Counted from the first letter of the stretch, positions 30,258-39,985 are shown. The stretch is DNA of 64,000 nt from Dehalococcoidia bacterium (GCA_965197585.1 OZ240215.1:2016001-2080000), one strand, 5' to 3'. Numbers and translations: made by a program. The notes: a model not told the origin generated them from the sequence alone.

Positions 30258-31262
30258 TTACGAAGATGCCAAAAGCTCTTTGCACTTTTCGTGGAACGCC
30301 GGCATGACCTGTTTGAAATCACCGACGGCCCCATACCTGGAGTCCTTGAAGACGTTGGCATCCGCGTCCTTGTTGACCGCAACAATGACCTTGGAGCCGA
30401 GGCAGCCCGACATGTGCTGGCTCGCTCCCGACAGGGCGACGGCAATATACAGGTCGGGGCTGACAACCCTCCCCGTAATGCCTATCTGCACTGAGGGGGA
30501 GATGTAGCCCGAGTCGCAGGCTGCCCTGGTCGCGCCTATCAACCCGCCAAGGGACTTGGCAACCTCAGCCAACTCCTGGAAGGCCTCGGAACTGCCGACA
30601 CCCCTGCCCCCTGCGATGATGGCCGGCGCCTCTTCCAGTTTCATGCCGGCGGCTTCCGCCTTGACCCGGTCAACAACCTTGGTCTTGGCAACCGAGGCAT
30701 CCACCGAGGGCTGCCAGTCAACTATCTCACCGGACGCGGAGCCGTCGTATTCAGAAGGCTGCAGGGTCTTGGCCCGGACTGTGGCCATCTGCGGGCTGGA
30801 GCCCTCGACGACGACCTGGGCCTGGGCGTTACCGCCATAGACGGGCCGAGTCTGGACCATCAGGTTGGATTCGGAGTCAATGTTTAGGTCGGTGCAGTCG
30901 GTGCCGATGCCGGTGTCGAGTCGGAACGCGAGCCTGGGCCCGAGGTCCCGGCCGATCTCTGAGTGCGCCATGAGCACTATTGACGGCGAAGTCTCACCGA
31001 TCAGGGCAGCAAGAGCCGCGGTGTATAGATCAGAGTCATAGGTGCCAAGTACGCCGCCCTCGGCACAGTAGACTTTGCCTGCCCCATGAGCGACCATCTC
31101 TTCGGCTGCGACCTTGGCGCCGTCGCCGGCCACCACCCCTACTACGCTTTCGCCCAAGGTCCCGGCCATCTCAGATGCCTTGCCCAGAATCTCCTTGGAA
31201 GTTCCGCTCAATCCGTCATCGGCGACTTCGCCAAAGACCAGGATTCCACTATTCTCCGCCAT
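30258..31262 (-). CDS. etfA: Electron transfer flavoprotein alpha subunit
   Basis: [21 protein letters not shown]...[19 protein letters not shown]. Confidence 0.95.
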   Translation of the reverse strand: MAENSGILVFGEVADDGLSGTSKEILGKASEMAGTLGESVVGVVAGDGAKVAAEEMVAHGAGKVYCAEGGVLGTYDSDLYTAALAALIGETSPSIVLMAHSEIGRDLGPRLAFRLDTGIGTDCTDLNIDSESNLMVQTRPVYGGNAQAQVVVEGSSPQMATVRAKTLQPSEYDGSASGEIVDWQPSVDASVAKTKVVDRVKAEAAGMKLEEAPAIIAGGRGVGSSEAFQELAEVAKSLGGLIGATRAACDSGYISPSVQIGITGRVVSPDLYIAVALSGASQHMSGCLGSKVIVAVNKDADANVFKDSRYGAVGDFKQVMPAFHEKCKELLASS

Positions 31263-31298
31263 TGTTAAGACCCTCCTGATACGTACGGGCTGAGCCGG

Positions 31299-32099
31299 TT
31301 AGATAATTTTGTCTTCTCGTAGCTTGAGCGCGAGGTTTGCGCCGATCTCGGCGGGACTGTCGCCCGGGATGAATTCGCACTGGGAGACCTTTTCGGGCTG
31401 GAAGAGTTTCATAATCTTCACCTTGGAGCCCGAGAGCCCGACGCCCGAGGCATCGAGCCCCAGGTCCCCGGCAGACCAGACGGTTGGCTTCTTGCGTCCC
31501 GCCGCCATTATGCCGCGAAGGGTCGGATATCGGGGTTCGCCCAGCTCGTTGCTGACGGTGACGACCACCGGAGGCGCGGCCTCAACGACCTCGTAACCGT
31601 CGGCGACAACCTTCTCGACCCTGACGACCCCGTCATTCACCTTAACGTCGCGAGCTATGGGGATGATGGGAATGCCGAGCATCTCCGCGATGCCGGCCCC
31701 GACCAGGCCCGTGTCGAAGTCCGAGGACTGTCGGCCGCAGATGATCATGTCGAAATCGGAGATCTTGCGGATGGCAGCGGTCAGGACTTTGGCAGTGGCG
31801 TAGTCATCCGAGTCCTCGAAAGCGTCGTCTTGAAGAAGGACGAGCTCGTCGGCGCCCATGGACAGAGGCTTCTTAATCACATCGGAGACGAGATTAGTGC
31901 CCATGGAGAGGACGGTGATCTTGACGTCTCCGCCCTCTTTCAACCGAAGCGCAGCCTCGACGGCCTGCTCGTCATACCCGTTGATAACGGGGGGAATGCC
32001 GGGGGCGGGGATGAGCTTGTTGGTGGCCGGGTCGATCCTGAAGCTGGCCATGGGCATCTGGGGATCGGGCACCTGCTTGACGCAAACTATGATATTCAT
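31299..32099 (-). CDS. etfB: Electron transfer flavoprotein beta subunit
   Basis: MNIIVCVKQVPD, AVEAALRLKE, GRQSSDFDTG, PRYPTLRGIM. Confidence 0.95.
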   Translation of the reverse strand: MNIIVCVKQVPDPQMPMASFRIDPATNKLIPAPGIPPVINGYDEQAVEAALRLKEGGDVKITVLSMGTNLVSDVIKKPLSMGADELVLLQDDAFEDSDDYATAKVLTAAIRKISDFDMIICGRQSSDFDTGLVGAGIAEMLGIPIIPIARDVKVNDGVVRVEKVVADGYEVVEAAPPVVVTVSNELGEPRYPTLRGIMAAGRKKPTVWSAGDLGLDASGVGLSGSKVKIMKLFQPEKVSQCEFIPGDSPAEIGANLALKLREDKII

Positions 32100-32173
32100 T
32101 GAGTTTTTCCTCCGCGCCCTGATAGGGGCAGGTCGAGGCTCGGAAAGGTCCGGCTAAAGTGGCTGGGGAAAGT

Positions 32174-32219
32174 GTGTGATAACGCTCACAATTGTAGCCC
32201 AGCCCGTTTTTTGTGTCAA
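32174..32219 (-). promoter_or_regulatory. etfBA promoter with adjacent Rex-like operator
   Basis: Minus strand TTGACA-17nt-TACAAT (32219-32191), followed immediately by TTGTGAG-CGTT-ATCACAC (32191-32174). Confidence 0.75.
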
Positions 32220-32325
32220 TAGAAATGGGAGGCCTAAGGCGGCCACTGCACACCCTCCGGGTCCCGGCTCCGGGCACGGTATGGCTATGGTATGGTCTTG
32301 TGAAAGAAGAGCCTATGGTGCGCGG

Positions 32326-32694
32326 TCAGCTCAGGTGTCCGTGCCAGACCAAGTTCGTGGGAATCAATCTCTGCCCTACGGGGTCCACTACTAGCAGAAG
32401 CTCTTCCAGGGTGACGGCTCCTATCAACGGCGTCGCATCTTCGTTGCCGAAGATTACCGGAGTCACGGCGGAATAGCCGTTGGGCCTAACCCGCATCTCG
32501 CCTATTTCCATTTCGGCGCGGGAGCCGTCGGCCAATTCGAATATGTCCTTGCGGGTGGGAGATATGCCAATCTCCCTGAGTAGGCTGCCGGGCAACATGG
32601 TGAAGATGGCGCCAGTGTCCACCATAGCCTCGATTTCACTCGATCTATCACCATTCAGGTTGGAAATCTGCAACGGCCAATTGAACAGGCCCAT
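32326..32694 (-). CDS. Clan AA (retropepsin-like) aspartic protease
   Basis: AMVDTGA, LADG, PLIGAVTLE; SD GGGAGG. Confidence 0.88.
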   Translation of the reverse strand: MGLFNWPLQISNLNGDRSSEIEAMVDTGAIFTMLPGSLLREIGISPTRKDIFELADGSRAEMEIGEMRVRPNGYSAVTPVIFGNEDATPLIGAVTLEELLLVVDPVGQRLIPTNLVWHGHLS

Positions 32695-32889
32695 ATTCGA
32701 ACCTCCCTACGCCGCCAAGTTTAGCACATGCCCAGCCTTGAATTACCCGCAGAAAGGGACGACAGGCCGATATAAACAAGTCCCAGTCTTACTCTTCGGT
32801 ACATCAATGTCCTATCCAGGCCCACAGACGGGGTTCGGCAAGGGTCTCACTCGGCGGGACGATGCCCCAGAGGTAGTCCCTGGTCTTAG

Positions 32890-33048
32890 CTAGTCGGCCT
32901 CTTTGAGCTGGATGTTGTTGCCCTGCGCGGTAACCCTCACGTTGACGTTGGTGACGTTGTGAATGGTGAAGGGAATTCCCGGCATGAAGGGCAGGGGTTT
33001 CAGCGCAATCTGCGCGCTGGAATTGGGAGGGACTATTATCTGGGGCAT
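32890..33048 (-). CDS. Small protein, 52 aa, function unknown
   Basis: CAGGAGG SD 6 nt before the ATG at 33048; MPQIIVPPNSSAQIALKPLPFMPGIPFTIHNVTNVNVRVTAQGNNIQLKEAD; upstream TTGACG-18nt-CAGAAT. Confidence 0.6.
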   Translation of the reverse strand: MPQIIVPPNSSAQIALKPLPFMPGIPFTIHNVTNVNVRVTAQGNNIQLKEAD

Positions 33049-33262
33049 CGAGACCTCCTGTCTCAACTTAGCTCCGTGCCGTTTGCCGGTGCGGAGTGGA
33101 ATTACGGCGGTCATTCTGCCTATCCGGTCGGTAGGCCGTCAAGTGCGCTCTGGAGGAATTTCCCCGCAAGTGCGGGTCGAGGCCCGTGCTATAATCCGGC
33201 CTCACAGTCCCAGATTCCCACCCCTCCACGTCCCACACGCATTCCATGAAAGTACAGATGCC

Positions 33263-34300
33263 ATGAAAGCCACGTACATCGAACAACAAGGTGCTCCTGA
33301 AGTTCTCACCTACGGTGACCTGACCGATCCCTCGCCATCGCCCGGCCAGGTAGTTATCCGGGTGCGGGCCACGGCCCTGAACCACCTGGACACTTTCGCA
33401 AGAGCCGGGAGGAACGGCGTCATCATCGACAAGTTTCCCCACGTGCTGGGCTGCGACCTTGCAGGAGAGGTGGCGGAGCTCGGGGCAGGGGTGGAGGGAT
33501 TGAGGGTCGGGGACCGAGTCATGGTCGACTACTCGTTGCCGTGCGGGAAGTGCAGCTACTGCGTTGCAGGCCAGGACCAACTCTGCGCGACCGGCGGGAG
33601 TATCGGCATATCGGTCAACGGCGGATATGCCCAATACGTGGCTGTACCTGCAGCGAATGCCCACGTTCTCCCGGACGGCATGAACTTCGAGGAGGCTGCG
33701 GCGATTCCGCTGGTCTACAAGACGGCTTGGCACTGCCTGATTACCCGGTGCGGGATGCAGGCTGGAGAAGACGTGCTGGTGATGGCGGCGGGAAGCGGAG
33801 TCGGGAGTGCGGCGATACGGGTGGCGAAGATGGTCGGGGCACGGGTGATAACCACAGCCAGCACGGAAGAAAAGCTGGCCAAGGCCCGAGCCCTGGGTGC
33901 CGACGAAACGATCAACTACGTCGAGAATCCCACCTACAGCGCCACGGTAAGGGAGATGACGGGCGGCAAGGGCGTCGACCTGGTCTTCGACAGCATCGGT
34001 GGCTCGGTGTGGGACGAGAACTTCAAGTCACTCAGACCGGGGGGCAGGCTGGTCAACTGCGGGGTGACGGGCGGGCATCGGGCGTCACTGCGGATAGGCC
34101 GCATGTTCACCGAGCAGGTGACACTGATGGGCGCATCAACAGGAAACCGCTCCGATTTCTTAAAAGTGGCCAACCTCGTCCGCGGAGGCAAAATCCGGGG
34201 CATCGTGAGCCGGACGTTCCCCCTGGAAAACGCAGCAGAGGCACACCGGGCGATGGAGGGTCGGGACGTGTTCGGGAAGCTAGTGCTGGTGGTGCCTTAG
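33263..34300 (+). CDS. Zinc-binding alcohol dehydrogenase / quinone oxidoreductase (MDR family)
   Basis: GCDLAGEV, CGKCSYC...C, AAGSGVGSAA, GKLVL; start at MKATY. Confidence 0.92.
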   Translation: MKATYIEQQGAPEVLTYGDLTDPSPSPGQVVIRVRATALNHLDTFARAGRNGVIIDKFPHVLGCDLAGEVAELGAGVEGLRVGDRVMVDYSLPCGKCSYCVAGQDQLCATGGSIGISVNGGYAQYVAVPAANAHVLPDGMNFEEAAAIPLVYKTAWHCLITRCGMQAGEDVLVMAAGSGVGSAAIRVAKMVGARVITTASTEEKLAKARALGADETINYVENPTYSATVREMTGGKGVDLVFDSIGGSVWDENFKSLRPGGRLVNCGVTGGHRASLRIGRMFTEQVTLMGASTGNRSDFLKVANLVRGGKIRGIVSRTFPLENAAEAHRAMEGRDVFGKLVLVVP

Positions 34301-35295
34301 AGCCGCTCCCCAGACTCCAGCCGGTAGTCCCTCCACTCTTCCGTGGCGGACATGGGGCTGGCGTAGTCGGCGGACCAGACCTTTCTTTCCTGGACAGGCT
34401 TGCCCAGCACCCGAGCCATCTCCCTGATGTGCACGGCCACCGACCCACAGCACCCGCCTATGTAGTTGATGCCCATGTCCTTGGCGCGCTGGGCATAGTC
34501 GGCCATGACGAAGCGATCGACCTGGTAGGGCTCCATGCCGTCGGGGAAGCCGGGGAGGCCGCCGCAGAAGGGTACTTCGTCGGTGGTGGCGTAGGCCGTG
34601 GCCTGGATTGCGATGTAGCCGTCTACTGCATCCCGCATCTCCTTGACGAGAGGGAGCATCTGGTTGGGCCCGCGTCCGCAGTTTATTCCGACAATGTCGC
34701 AGCCGTTCTGGCTGAGGGCTATGGCGCACTCGGCGGGGTCTTTGCCTTCGCGGCTGTACTTGTCCTTGAAATAGGCCATGGTCATCATCACCGGCAGGCC
34801 CGTGGCCTTGGCCACGTCGAGGGCGATGAGCGCTTCCTCAAGATCAAAGAAAAGCTCGCCGATGATGAAGTCGACGCCCTCGTCCACCTGGACGCGCAGC
34901 TGTTCTTCAAACTGGCGTCGGGCGATTTCCCGGGAGTCGGCGTCGCCCTGCTTGTAGGACCACGTTGTGCTGAGGTTACCCGCTACCAGGACGTCGTCTC
35001 CGGCAACTTCATTGGCGATCTTCACGGCCTGCCTGTTGAGATCCAGCACCTTCTCGCCGTAGCCGACGTTGGCAAGCTTCTCGCGGCTGGCATAGAAAGC
35101 GAAGGCCTGTATGACCTCGGCGCCGGCGCGGATGAACTCCCTATGCAACTCCTTCACGGCATCGGGGTGCTCCAGGACGACCTCCGGGGTGAAGGGACCG
35201 GCAATGACATAACCCCGCTTTTCCATCTCCAGGATGTATCCGCCATCGCCGAGGACCACGCCTTCGGCAAGCCGGTCAAGTATTCCCTTCTTCAT
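34297..35295 (-). CDS. Homocysteine S-methyltransferase, betaine-homocysteine methyltransferase-like
   Basis: KKGILDRL..GDGGY..EMEKRGYV.AGPFTPE..EHP.AV..LHREF.RAG; Zn ligands GINC and GGCCG. Confidence 0.9.
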   Translation of the reverse strand: MKKGILDRLAEGVVLGDGGYILEMEKRGYVIAGPFTPEVVLEHPDAVKELHREFIRAGAEVIQAFAFYASREKLANVGYGEKVLDLNRQAVKIANEVAGDDVLVAGNLSTTWSYKQGDADSREIARRQFEEQLRVQVDEGVDFIIGELFFDLEEALIALDVAKATGLPVMMTMAYFKDKYSREGKDPAECAIALSQNGCDIVGINCGRGPNQMLPLVKEMRDAVDGYIAIQATAYATTDEVPFCGGLPGFPDGMEPYQVDRFVMADYAQRAKDMGINYIGGCCGSVAVHIREMARVLGKPVQERKVWSADYASPMSATEEWRDYRLESGERL

Positions 35296-35314
35296 GGCGA
35301 TCTCCTTATTCTTA

Positions 35315-35773
35315 TTACGTGCCGAGGTTACGATCGTATTCCCATGGCTGGTGGTCGTCGTCCTCGTGGGCGAAGTCCCAGCGCATGATGCGGGTAGGCT
35401 TGAACTTCATAACTAGCCGGTTGTCGCGGGAGTTGGAATAGTTAGCGTACTTATCTCCCTCGACCTCGCCGTCGTACCTGAGTGCGAGACGGCGGAAGAG
35501 CTCGGGGCCACCCTCTGGAGTGACTTCCGCAATGCCTTCCAGGACGACTTCCTTATAGGGTTGCTCGTTGGCAGTAACGGCGAGGGAGACCCGGGGGTCC
35601 CGCAGCACGTTCTTGTACTTGACTCGGGTGTCGGTGACGGTGAGAAGGACCTCCCCGTCCGACCATTCGTACCAGACGACGGTCAAGTGTGGGGAGCCGT
35701 CCTTGCGAAGGGTGGCAAGGATGCCGAGGTGCGGCTTCTTTAGGAACTCTTCTAAACGTTCGCTCAGTTGCAT
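35315..35773 (-). CDS. PPOX-class (probably F420-dependent) oxidoreductase
   Basis: LATLRKDGSPHLTVVWY, KYKNVLRDPRVSL. Confidence 0.88.
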   Translation of the reverse strand: MQLSERLEEFLKKPHLGILATLRKDGSPHLTVVWYEWSDGEVLLTVTDTRVKYKNVLRDPRVSLAVTANEQPYKEVVLEGIAEVTPEGGPELFRRLALRYDGEVEGDKYANYSNSRDNRLVMKFKPTRIMRWDFAHEDDDHQPWEYDRNLGT

Positions 35774-35875
35774 TAGTCCACCTCTTTCATACATAGAGTT
35801 AAGTAGTGAAAAGTGTAGGGGGCGGGGGGAGGGGCGTCAACGGGAGCCCGACATCCTTCGCAGCAAAGGGATGCC

Positions 35876-36319
35876 TTACGTCCCTTCAGGACGCAGTGGA
35901 TGGCGCCATCGAAGTCCCGGAAAGCGACTGAAATCAGAATCGGTCGACACTAGGGTGCAACCATGCTCGATTGCAATCGCTGCGTGCTGGGCATCACCCA
36001 CTAGGTTCCCAGTCGCTCCCGACTCGCGGCACAGTCTTTCGAATATCTCCATGTAATCGGGACCGGGACCAACTACACGTGCCGCAGGACGTTCCATAAG
36101 CGAAGATACAAATTCCAAAGATTCGTCCAGAGTCGACGGTGATTCGAAGATACGGGAATTGGTTGCTATGCGAACAAATCCAGATAGAACGAGAACTGAA
36201 AGAGCGAATGGTTCCGGCCCCGTCGCCAAACGAGTGATCCAGTCCGCATAATCCGAATGTTCAGCCGTGGAGCCCTCCATATGGGCATATATCAGCACAT
36301 TAACGTCGGGTAACAGCAC
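35876..36319 (-). CDS. vapC: VapC PIN-domain toxin
   Basis: MLLPDVNVLIYAH, GFVRIATN, GNLVGDAQHAAIAIE, STDSDFSRFPGLRW. Confidence 0.93.
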   Translation of the reverse strand: MLLPDVNVLIYAHMEGSTAEHSDYADWITRLATGPEPFALSVLVLSGFVRIATNSRIFESPSTLDESLEFVSSLMERPAARVVGPGPDYMEIFERLCRESGATGNLVGDAQHAAIAIEHGCTLVSTDSDFSRFPGLRWRHPLRPEGT

Positions 36320-36325
36320 TTTGGA

Positions 36326-36583
36326 TCACCGATTCACGTTTCCAAAGCGAGCTACATCGTCGTCCATGTCTAGGGTGCGCGGTCGGTCGAGGTCGATACC
36401 GGGCCGAGGTTGTCCTCCCCGCACGGTCACAAGATGGAATGGCGGCGACTCTGTAGGCTCGCCACGCTTGAGTGCATCGTCCAGGGTCTTAGCGACAAAT
36501 GCGCTGATGCTGATTCCCCGAGCTTCCGCTGCGCGACGTACCTGTTTCGCAAGTTGATCATCAAGCGATATTGTTGTCCTCAT
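36326..36583 (-). CDS. vapB: VapB RHH antitoxin
   Basis: MRTTISLDDQL...A...G.S.S...PGIDLD. Confidence 0.9.
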   Translation of the reverse strand: MRTTISLDDQLAKQVRRAAEARGISISAFVAKTLDDALKRGEPTESPPFHLVTVRGGQPRPGIDLDRPRTLDMDDDVARFGNVNR

Positions 36584-36619
36584 GATGCAGTAGCATAACA
36601 CTGCTTCATCACTGCATCA
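36583..36619. promoter_or_regulatory. Inverted repeat, probable VapBC operator
   Basis: TGATGCAGT (36583-91) ... ACTGCATCA (36611-19), immediately upstream of vapB. Confidence 0.6.
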
Positions 36620-36726
36620 AATTGCCAAGCCTTCCCCTGTCGACATGACTCTGATGACGTCCTGCTACAGCCGCGGCGCTGTGATACCATTCCCCCAACT
36701 CGCCAGCCCCACCCCGAGGAGCGCAC

Positions 36727-38397
36727 ATGAGCCGGATGACAGGCATAGACGCCTTGATGCAAGTTCTCGAGTCTTATGACGTCGAATACGTGTTCGGCAA
36801 CCCCGGCTCCACGGAGGTCGTCTTTATGGACGCCCTCTATCAGCACCCGCGCATCAAGTACATGCTGGCCCTCCACGAGACTGTAGCGATGGGGATGGCA
36901 GGCGGTTATTCCTGGGCGTCGGGAAAGACGGGGTTTGTCAATGTGCATACCGCACCGGGCGTGGCCAACGCGATAAGCGCCCTGTACAACGCCAACGTCG
37001 CCGACTTCAACATAGTTGTGACCGCAGGCCAACAGGACACCCGACTCATCCAGCGGGAGCCAGGCCTCACGGGTGACCTGGTCGGCATGACCAAGCCCTT
37101 CACCAAGTGGAGCGCGGAGGTGCAGCACCCTCAGGACATACCGCTAATGATGCATCGGGCCTTCAAGATGTCGGGGCAAACACCTCAGGGCCCGACCTTC
37201 CTGTCGCTTCCCCAGGACGTGTTAAGTCGGGAAGCCGACGTAGAGGTCGGGCGACCATCGTGGATACCGTCAGGCCTGAGGCCCGACCCCGAGGCCATTG
37301 ACAGGGCGGCGACACTGCTTGCCGGGGCCAAGAGCCCCGTGCTGTTCCTCGGGTTCCGGGTCTCGCGGTGCGGGGCGCTGGGGGAGGCGGTAGAGTTAGC
37401 CGAACTGATCGGGGCGCGGGTGACCGAGAACCGCATCAGGGCCGAGACCGCGTTTCCCTCCGACCACCCCCTCTTCGAGGGCGGCATGTGGACCGACGTG
37501 CCCAATGCCCCGGAAGTGATGAAGGACGCCGACGTAGTCATGTCAATCGGTGCGAACTTCATCTCACAGCTCTTCTACACTTCCGACCAGATCGTGAACC
37601 CTGCCTCAAAAGTCATTCATCTGGACACCGACCCCTGGGAGATAGGAAAGAACCAGCCCACGGATATCGGGATACTTGCAGACATCAAGGCCGCGCTAAG
37701 GGAACTCTTGGCTGCGGTATCGGAGAAGATGTCGAGCGACAACATTGCCGGGGCCCGGGAACGCGTCTCCCTCATCTCCGACGCCAACCGCAGAAGGAGA
37801 GAGGTTATCTGGGAGCGGGCCCAAAGTGGTGGGAACGCCGAACCGATGCGCGATTCGCGCCTCATGCTGGGACTGAAGGAAGCCATCCCTCCCGACACGG
37901 TTATCGTGGATGGGGGGATCACGTCGTCGATGGCCCTGAGAGACCTGCTGGACTTCGGGGGTGCGGAATCGTATTTGGCGGTTCGCGACAACGATGGAAG
38001 TCTCGGAGACGCTCTGCCGATGGCGATGGGCGTCAAGCTCGCCTTGCCTGACAGGCCCGTGGTGGGAGTGGTCGGGGACGGAAACGCCATGTACTCAATA
38101 CAGGGGCTATGGACGGCAGCCCATCACCAGATACCGGTAGTCTGGGTGATTTGCAACAACGCAACATACCGAATATTGAAACTAAACAGTATGCGAGTCC
38201 TGGGCCCCGAGGCCCGAGAGAAGCTCCACTCCGTCGACCTGGGCGGACCGCCATTGAACTTCGCCAAGATCGCCGAGAGCCTGGGAGTAGATGGCGTACA
38301 AGTCACCCGAGGCGACGAAGTGCGCCCGGCAATTGAGAGGGCGTTGGCCCTCGGGAAGCCGGCGCTGGTGGACGCGGTTATCGACGGCTCTTTCTAA
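36727..38397 (+). CDS. Thiamine-diphosphate-dependent enzyme (benzoylformate decarboxylase-like)
   Basis: VFGNPGSTE, LHE, NVHTAPGVANA, GDG...NN ThDP motif. Confidence 0.9.
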   Translation: MSRMTGIDALMQVLESYDVEYVFGNPGSTEVVFMDALYQHPRIKYMLALHETVAMGMAGGYSWASGKTGFVNVHTAPGVANAISALYNANVADFNIVVTAGQQDTRLIQREPGLTGDLVGMTKPFTKWSAEVQHPQDIPLMMHRAFKMSGQTPQGPTFLSLPQDVLSREADVEVGRPSWIPSGLRPDPEAIDRAATLLAGAKSPVLFLGFRVSRCGALGEAVELAELIGARVTENRIRAETAFPSDHPLFEGGMWTDVPNAPEVMKDADVVMSIGANFISQLFYTSDQIVNPASKVIHLDTDPWEIGKNQPTDIGILADIKAALRELLAAVSEKMSSDNIAGARERVSLISDANRRRREVIWERAQSGGNAEPMRDSRLMLGLKEAIPPDTVIVDGGITSSMALRDLLDFGGAESYLAVRDNDGSLGDALPMAMGVKLALPDRPVVGVVGDGNAMYSIQGLWTAAHHQIPVVWVICNNATYRILKLNSMRVLGPEAREKLHSVDLGGPPLNFAKIAESLGVDGVQVTRGDEVRPAIERALALGKPALVDAVIDGSF

Positions 38398-38429
38398 TAA
38401 GTTAATCAATTGAGTTGGAGGCAAACTAG

Positions 38430-39665
38430 ATGCCCAATCTAGACCGATTCAGGAAAGACATGCAGGCACTGGCCCAGATAGGCCGGGTGGCGGAGGGCGG
38501 GGTGTCCCGCTTCTCGCTCTCGCCCGCAGACATCGAAGGCAGGAAGCTGACGATGGGGATAATGAAGAGCATCGGACTGACGGTGCGTGTGGATGCGATT
38601 GGTAACATCCGGGCGCGACGCGAGGGTCGGGACCCGTCGGCGCCCATAGTCATGATGGGCTCGCATATCGATAGCGTGCCCAACGGCGGCGACTACGACG
38701 GCCCGACCGGCGTCATGGGTCCACTGGAGATCGTCCGTACACTCAACGACGAGGGGGTAGATACCCTGCACCCCATCGAGGTGGTGGTCTTCACGGACGA
38801 GGAGGGCGCCCGGTTCCGCAAAGGGACCCTCGGCAGCGCAGTGATGTCGGGACGGATCCCGTGGGACGAGGTAAAGGACATCAAGGACGACGCAGGCATC
38901 ACCCTTACAGAAGCCTTGGAAGGCATCGAGACATCGGGAACACCGGAGGAGATAGTCCTCCTAGAAGGAGAAGTGAAGTCCTTTGTTGAGTTGCACGTAG
39001 AGCAGAGCGGTCGGCTGGAAGAGCAGTCAAAGGCCATCGGCGTGGTGCAGGCGATCACTGGGTCGAGCCACAAGCGGGTCAGGGTGTTTGGAGTCGCCGA
39101 TCACGCAGGCGCCACCCCAATGGACAGGAGGACCGACGCGTTGGTACCCGTGGCCCGCATGGTGCAGGAAATGGAGCGGATCGGGCGGGCGGACCCTGAG
39201 GGGTCGCTGGTATGCACCGTCGGGATCTTGCAGGTGAAGCCGGGGGCCATGAACATCGTACCCAACGAGGTGACTTTCACTACCGACGTTAGGGACACTT
39301 CCCCTGCGACTCTCGATGAGGCAATCAAGGACATCGACGACATGATCGCTGCGGTGGCCCTGGAGCGGGGCGTGGACTTCGAGATCGAGAACCTGGAATA
39401 TATACCGGCGGTAGAGATGTCGGAGGACGTTAAATCGGTCATCGCCTCGGCGTGCGACAAGCTGGGGCTGGACCGGATGGATGCCTACAGCCGGGCCGTG
39501 CACGATACGTCCCACATGGCGCAAGTGACGAATGGGGGTATGATCTTCGTGCCGAGCGTCGGGGGGAAAAGCCACTCGCCGGACGAGTTGACCTATTGGG
39601 AAGACATCCAGCCGGGGCTGGACGTGCTATATGAGGTTACGCTTGCGTTGGCGAAGGCGGACTAG
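38430..39665 (+). CDS. M20 Zn-dependent amidohydrolase (allantoate / N-carbamoyl-amino acid hydrolase family)
   Basis: GSHIDSVPNGG.YDG, DEEG.RF, ELHVEQ, HAGATPM, HD, GGKSH. Confidence 0.92.
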   Translation: MPNLDRFRKDMQALAQIGRVAEGGVSRFSLSPADIEGRKLTMGIMKSIGLTVRVDAIGNIRARREGRDPSAPIVMMGSHIDSVPNGGDYDGPTGVMGPLEIVRTLNDEGVDTLHPIEVVVFTDEEGARFRKGTLGSAVMSGRIPWDEVKDIKDDAGITLTEALEGIETSGTPEEIVLLEGEVKSFVELHVEQSGRLEEQSKAIGVVQAITGSSHKRVRVFGVADHAGATPMDRRTDALVPVARMVQEMERIGRADPEGSLVCTVGILQVKPGAMNIVPNEVTFTTDVRDTSPATLDEAIKDIDDMIAAVALERGVDFEIENLEYIPAVEMSEDVKSVIASACDKLGLDRMDAYSRAVHDTSHMAQVTNGGMIFVPSVGGKSHSPDELTYWEDIQPGLDVLYEVTLALAKAD

Positions 39666-39684
39666 TCCCTGCCGCTACCCTAAA

Positions 39685-39707
39685 GCGACCCCGCCGGTCG
39701 CCCCTGC
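39685..39707 (-). repeat. GTAG-type REP-like palindrome
   Basis: Minus strand GCAGGGGCGACCGGCGGGGTCGC. Confidence 0.4.
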
Positions 39708-39715
39708 ACAGGACG

Positions 39716-39747
39716 ATACCAGGTTGGCGGCTGGAACAACCTGGTAT
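39716..39747. terminator. Stem-loop downstream of the amidohydrolase gene
   Basis: ATACCAGGTTG-10nt-CAACCTGGTAT. Confidence 0.5.
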
Positions 39748-39773
39748 AACCGAGGTTAGATATCCGCTGGAAA

Positions 39774-39803
39774 TTGACGGGATTTTGACTGGGGTGATAA
39801 AAT
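39774..39803 (+). promoter_or_regulatory. Promoter of the tRNA cluster
   Basis: TTGACG-18nt-TAAAAT with TG extension. Confidence 0.7.
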
Positions 39804-39824
39804 TTGATGCTGCAAGGCTCCTGT

Positions 39825-39900
39825 AGGAGTGTAGCTCAGTTGGAAGAGCAGCGGTCTCCAAAACCGCAGGTCGGGGGTTCGAGCCCTCCCACTCCTGCCA
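39825..39900 (+). tRNA. tRNA-Trp(CCA)
   Basis: AGGAGTG...GCGGT-CTCCAAA-ACCGC...GGTTCGAG...CACTCCTGCCA. Confidence 0.97.
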
Positions 39901-39985
39901 ATCAAAGAGGCTGTGTTGAAGGTGATATTATTGTCATAGTCTCGGCAGTAAGTTGAAGGGGCGAGTGGGGGAAGATATTATGCTT

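Noticed and set aside
32175-32193. lac-operator-like sequence (AATTGTGAGCG on the minus strand) as vector contamination
   Set aside because: Only 11 nt match, with no other vector sequence; better explained as a Rex-type palindrome at the native etf promoter.
33541-35388. 615-aa plus-strand ORF
   Set aside because: Out-of-frame over the MDR dehydrogenase and antisense to the methyltransferase; no recognisable motifs; typical GC-rich shadow ORF.
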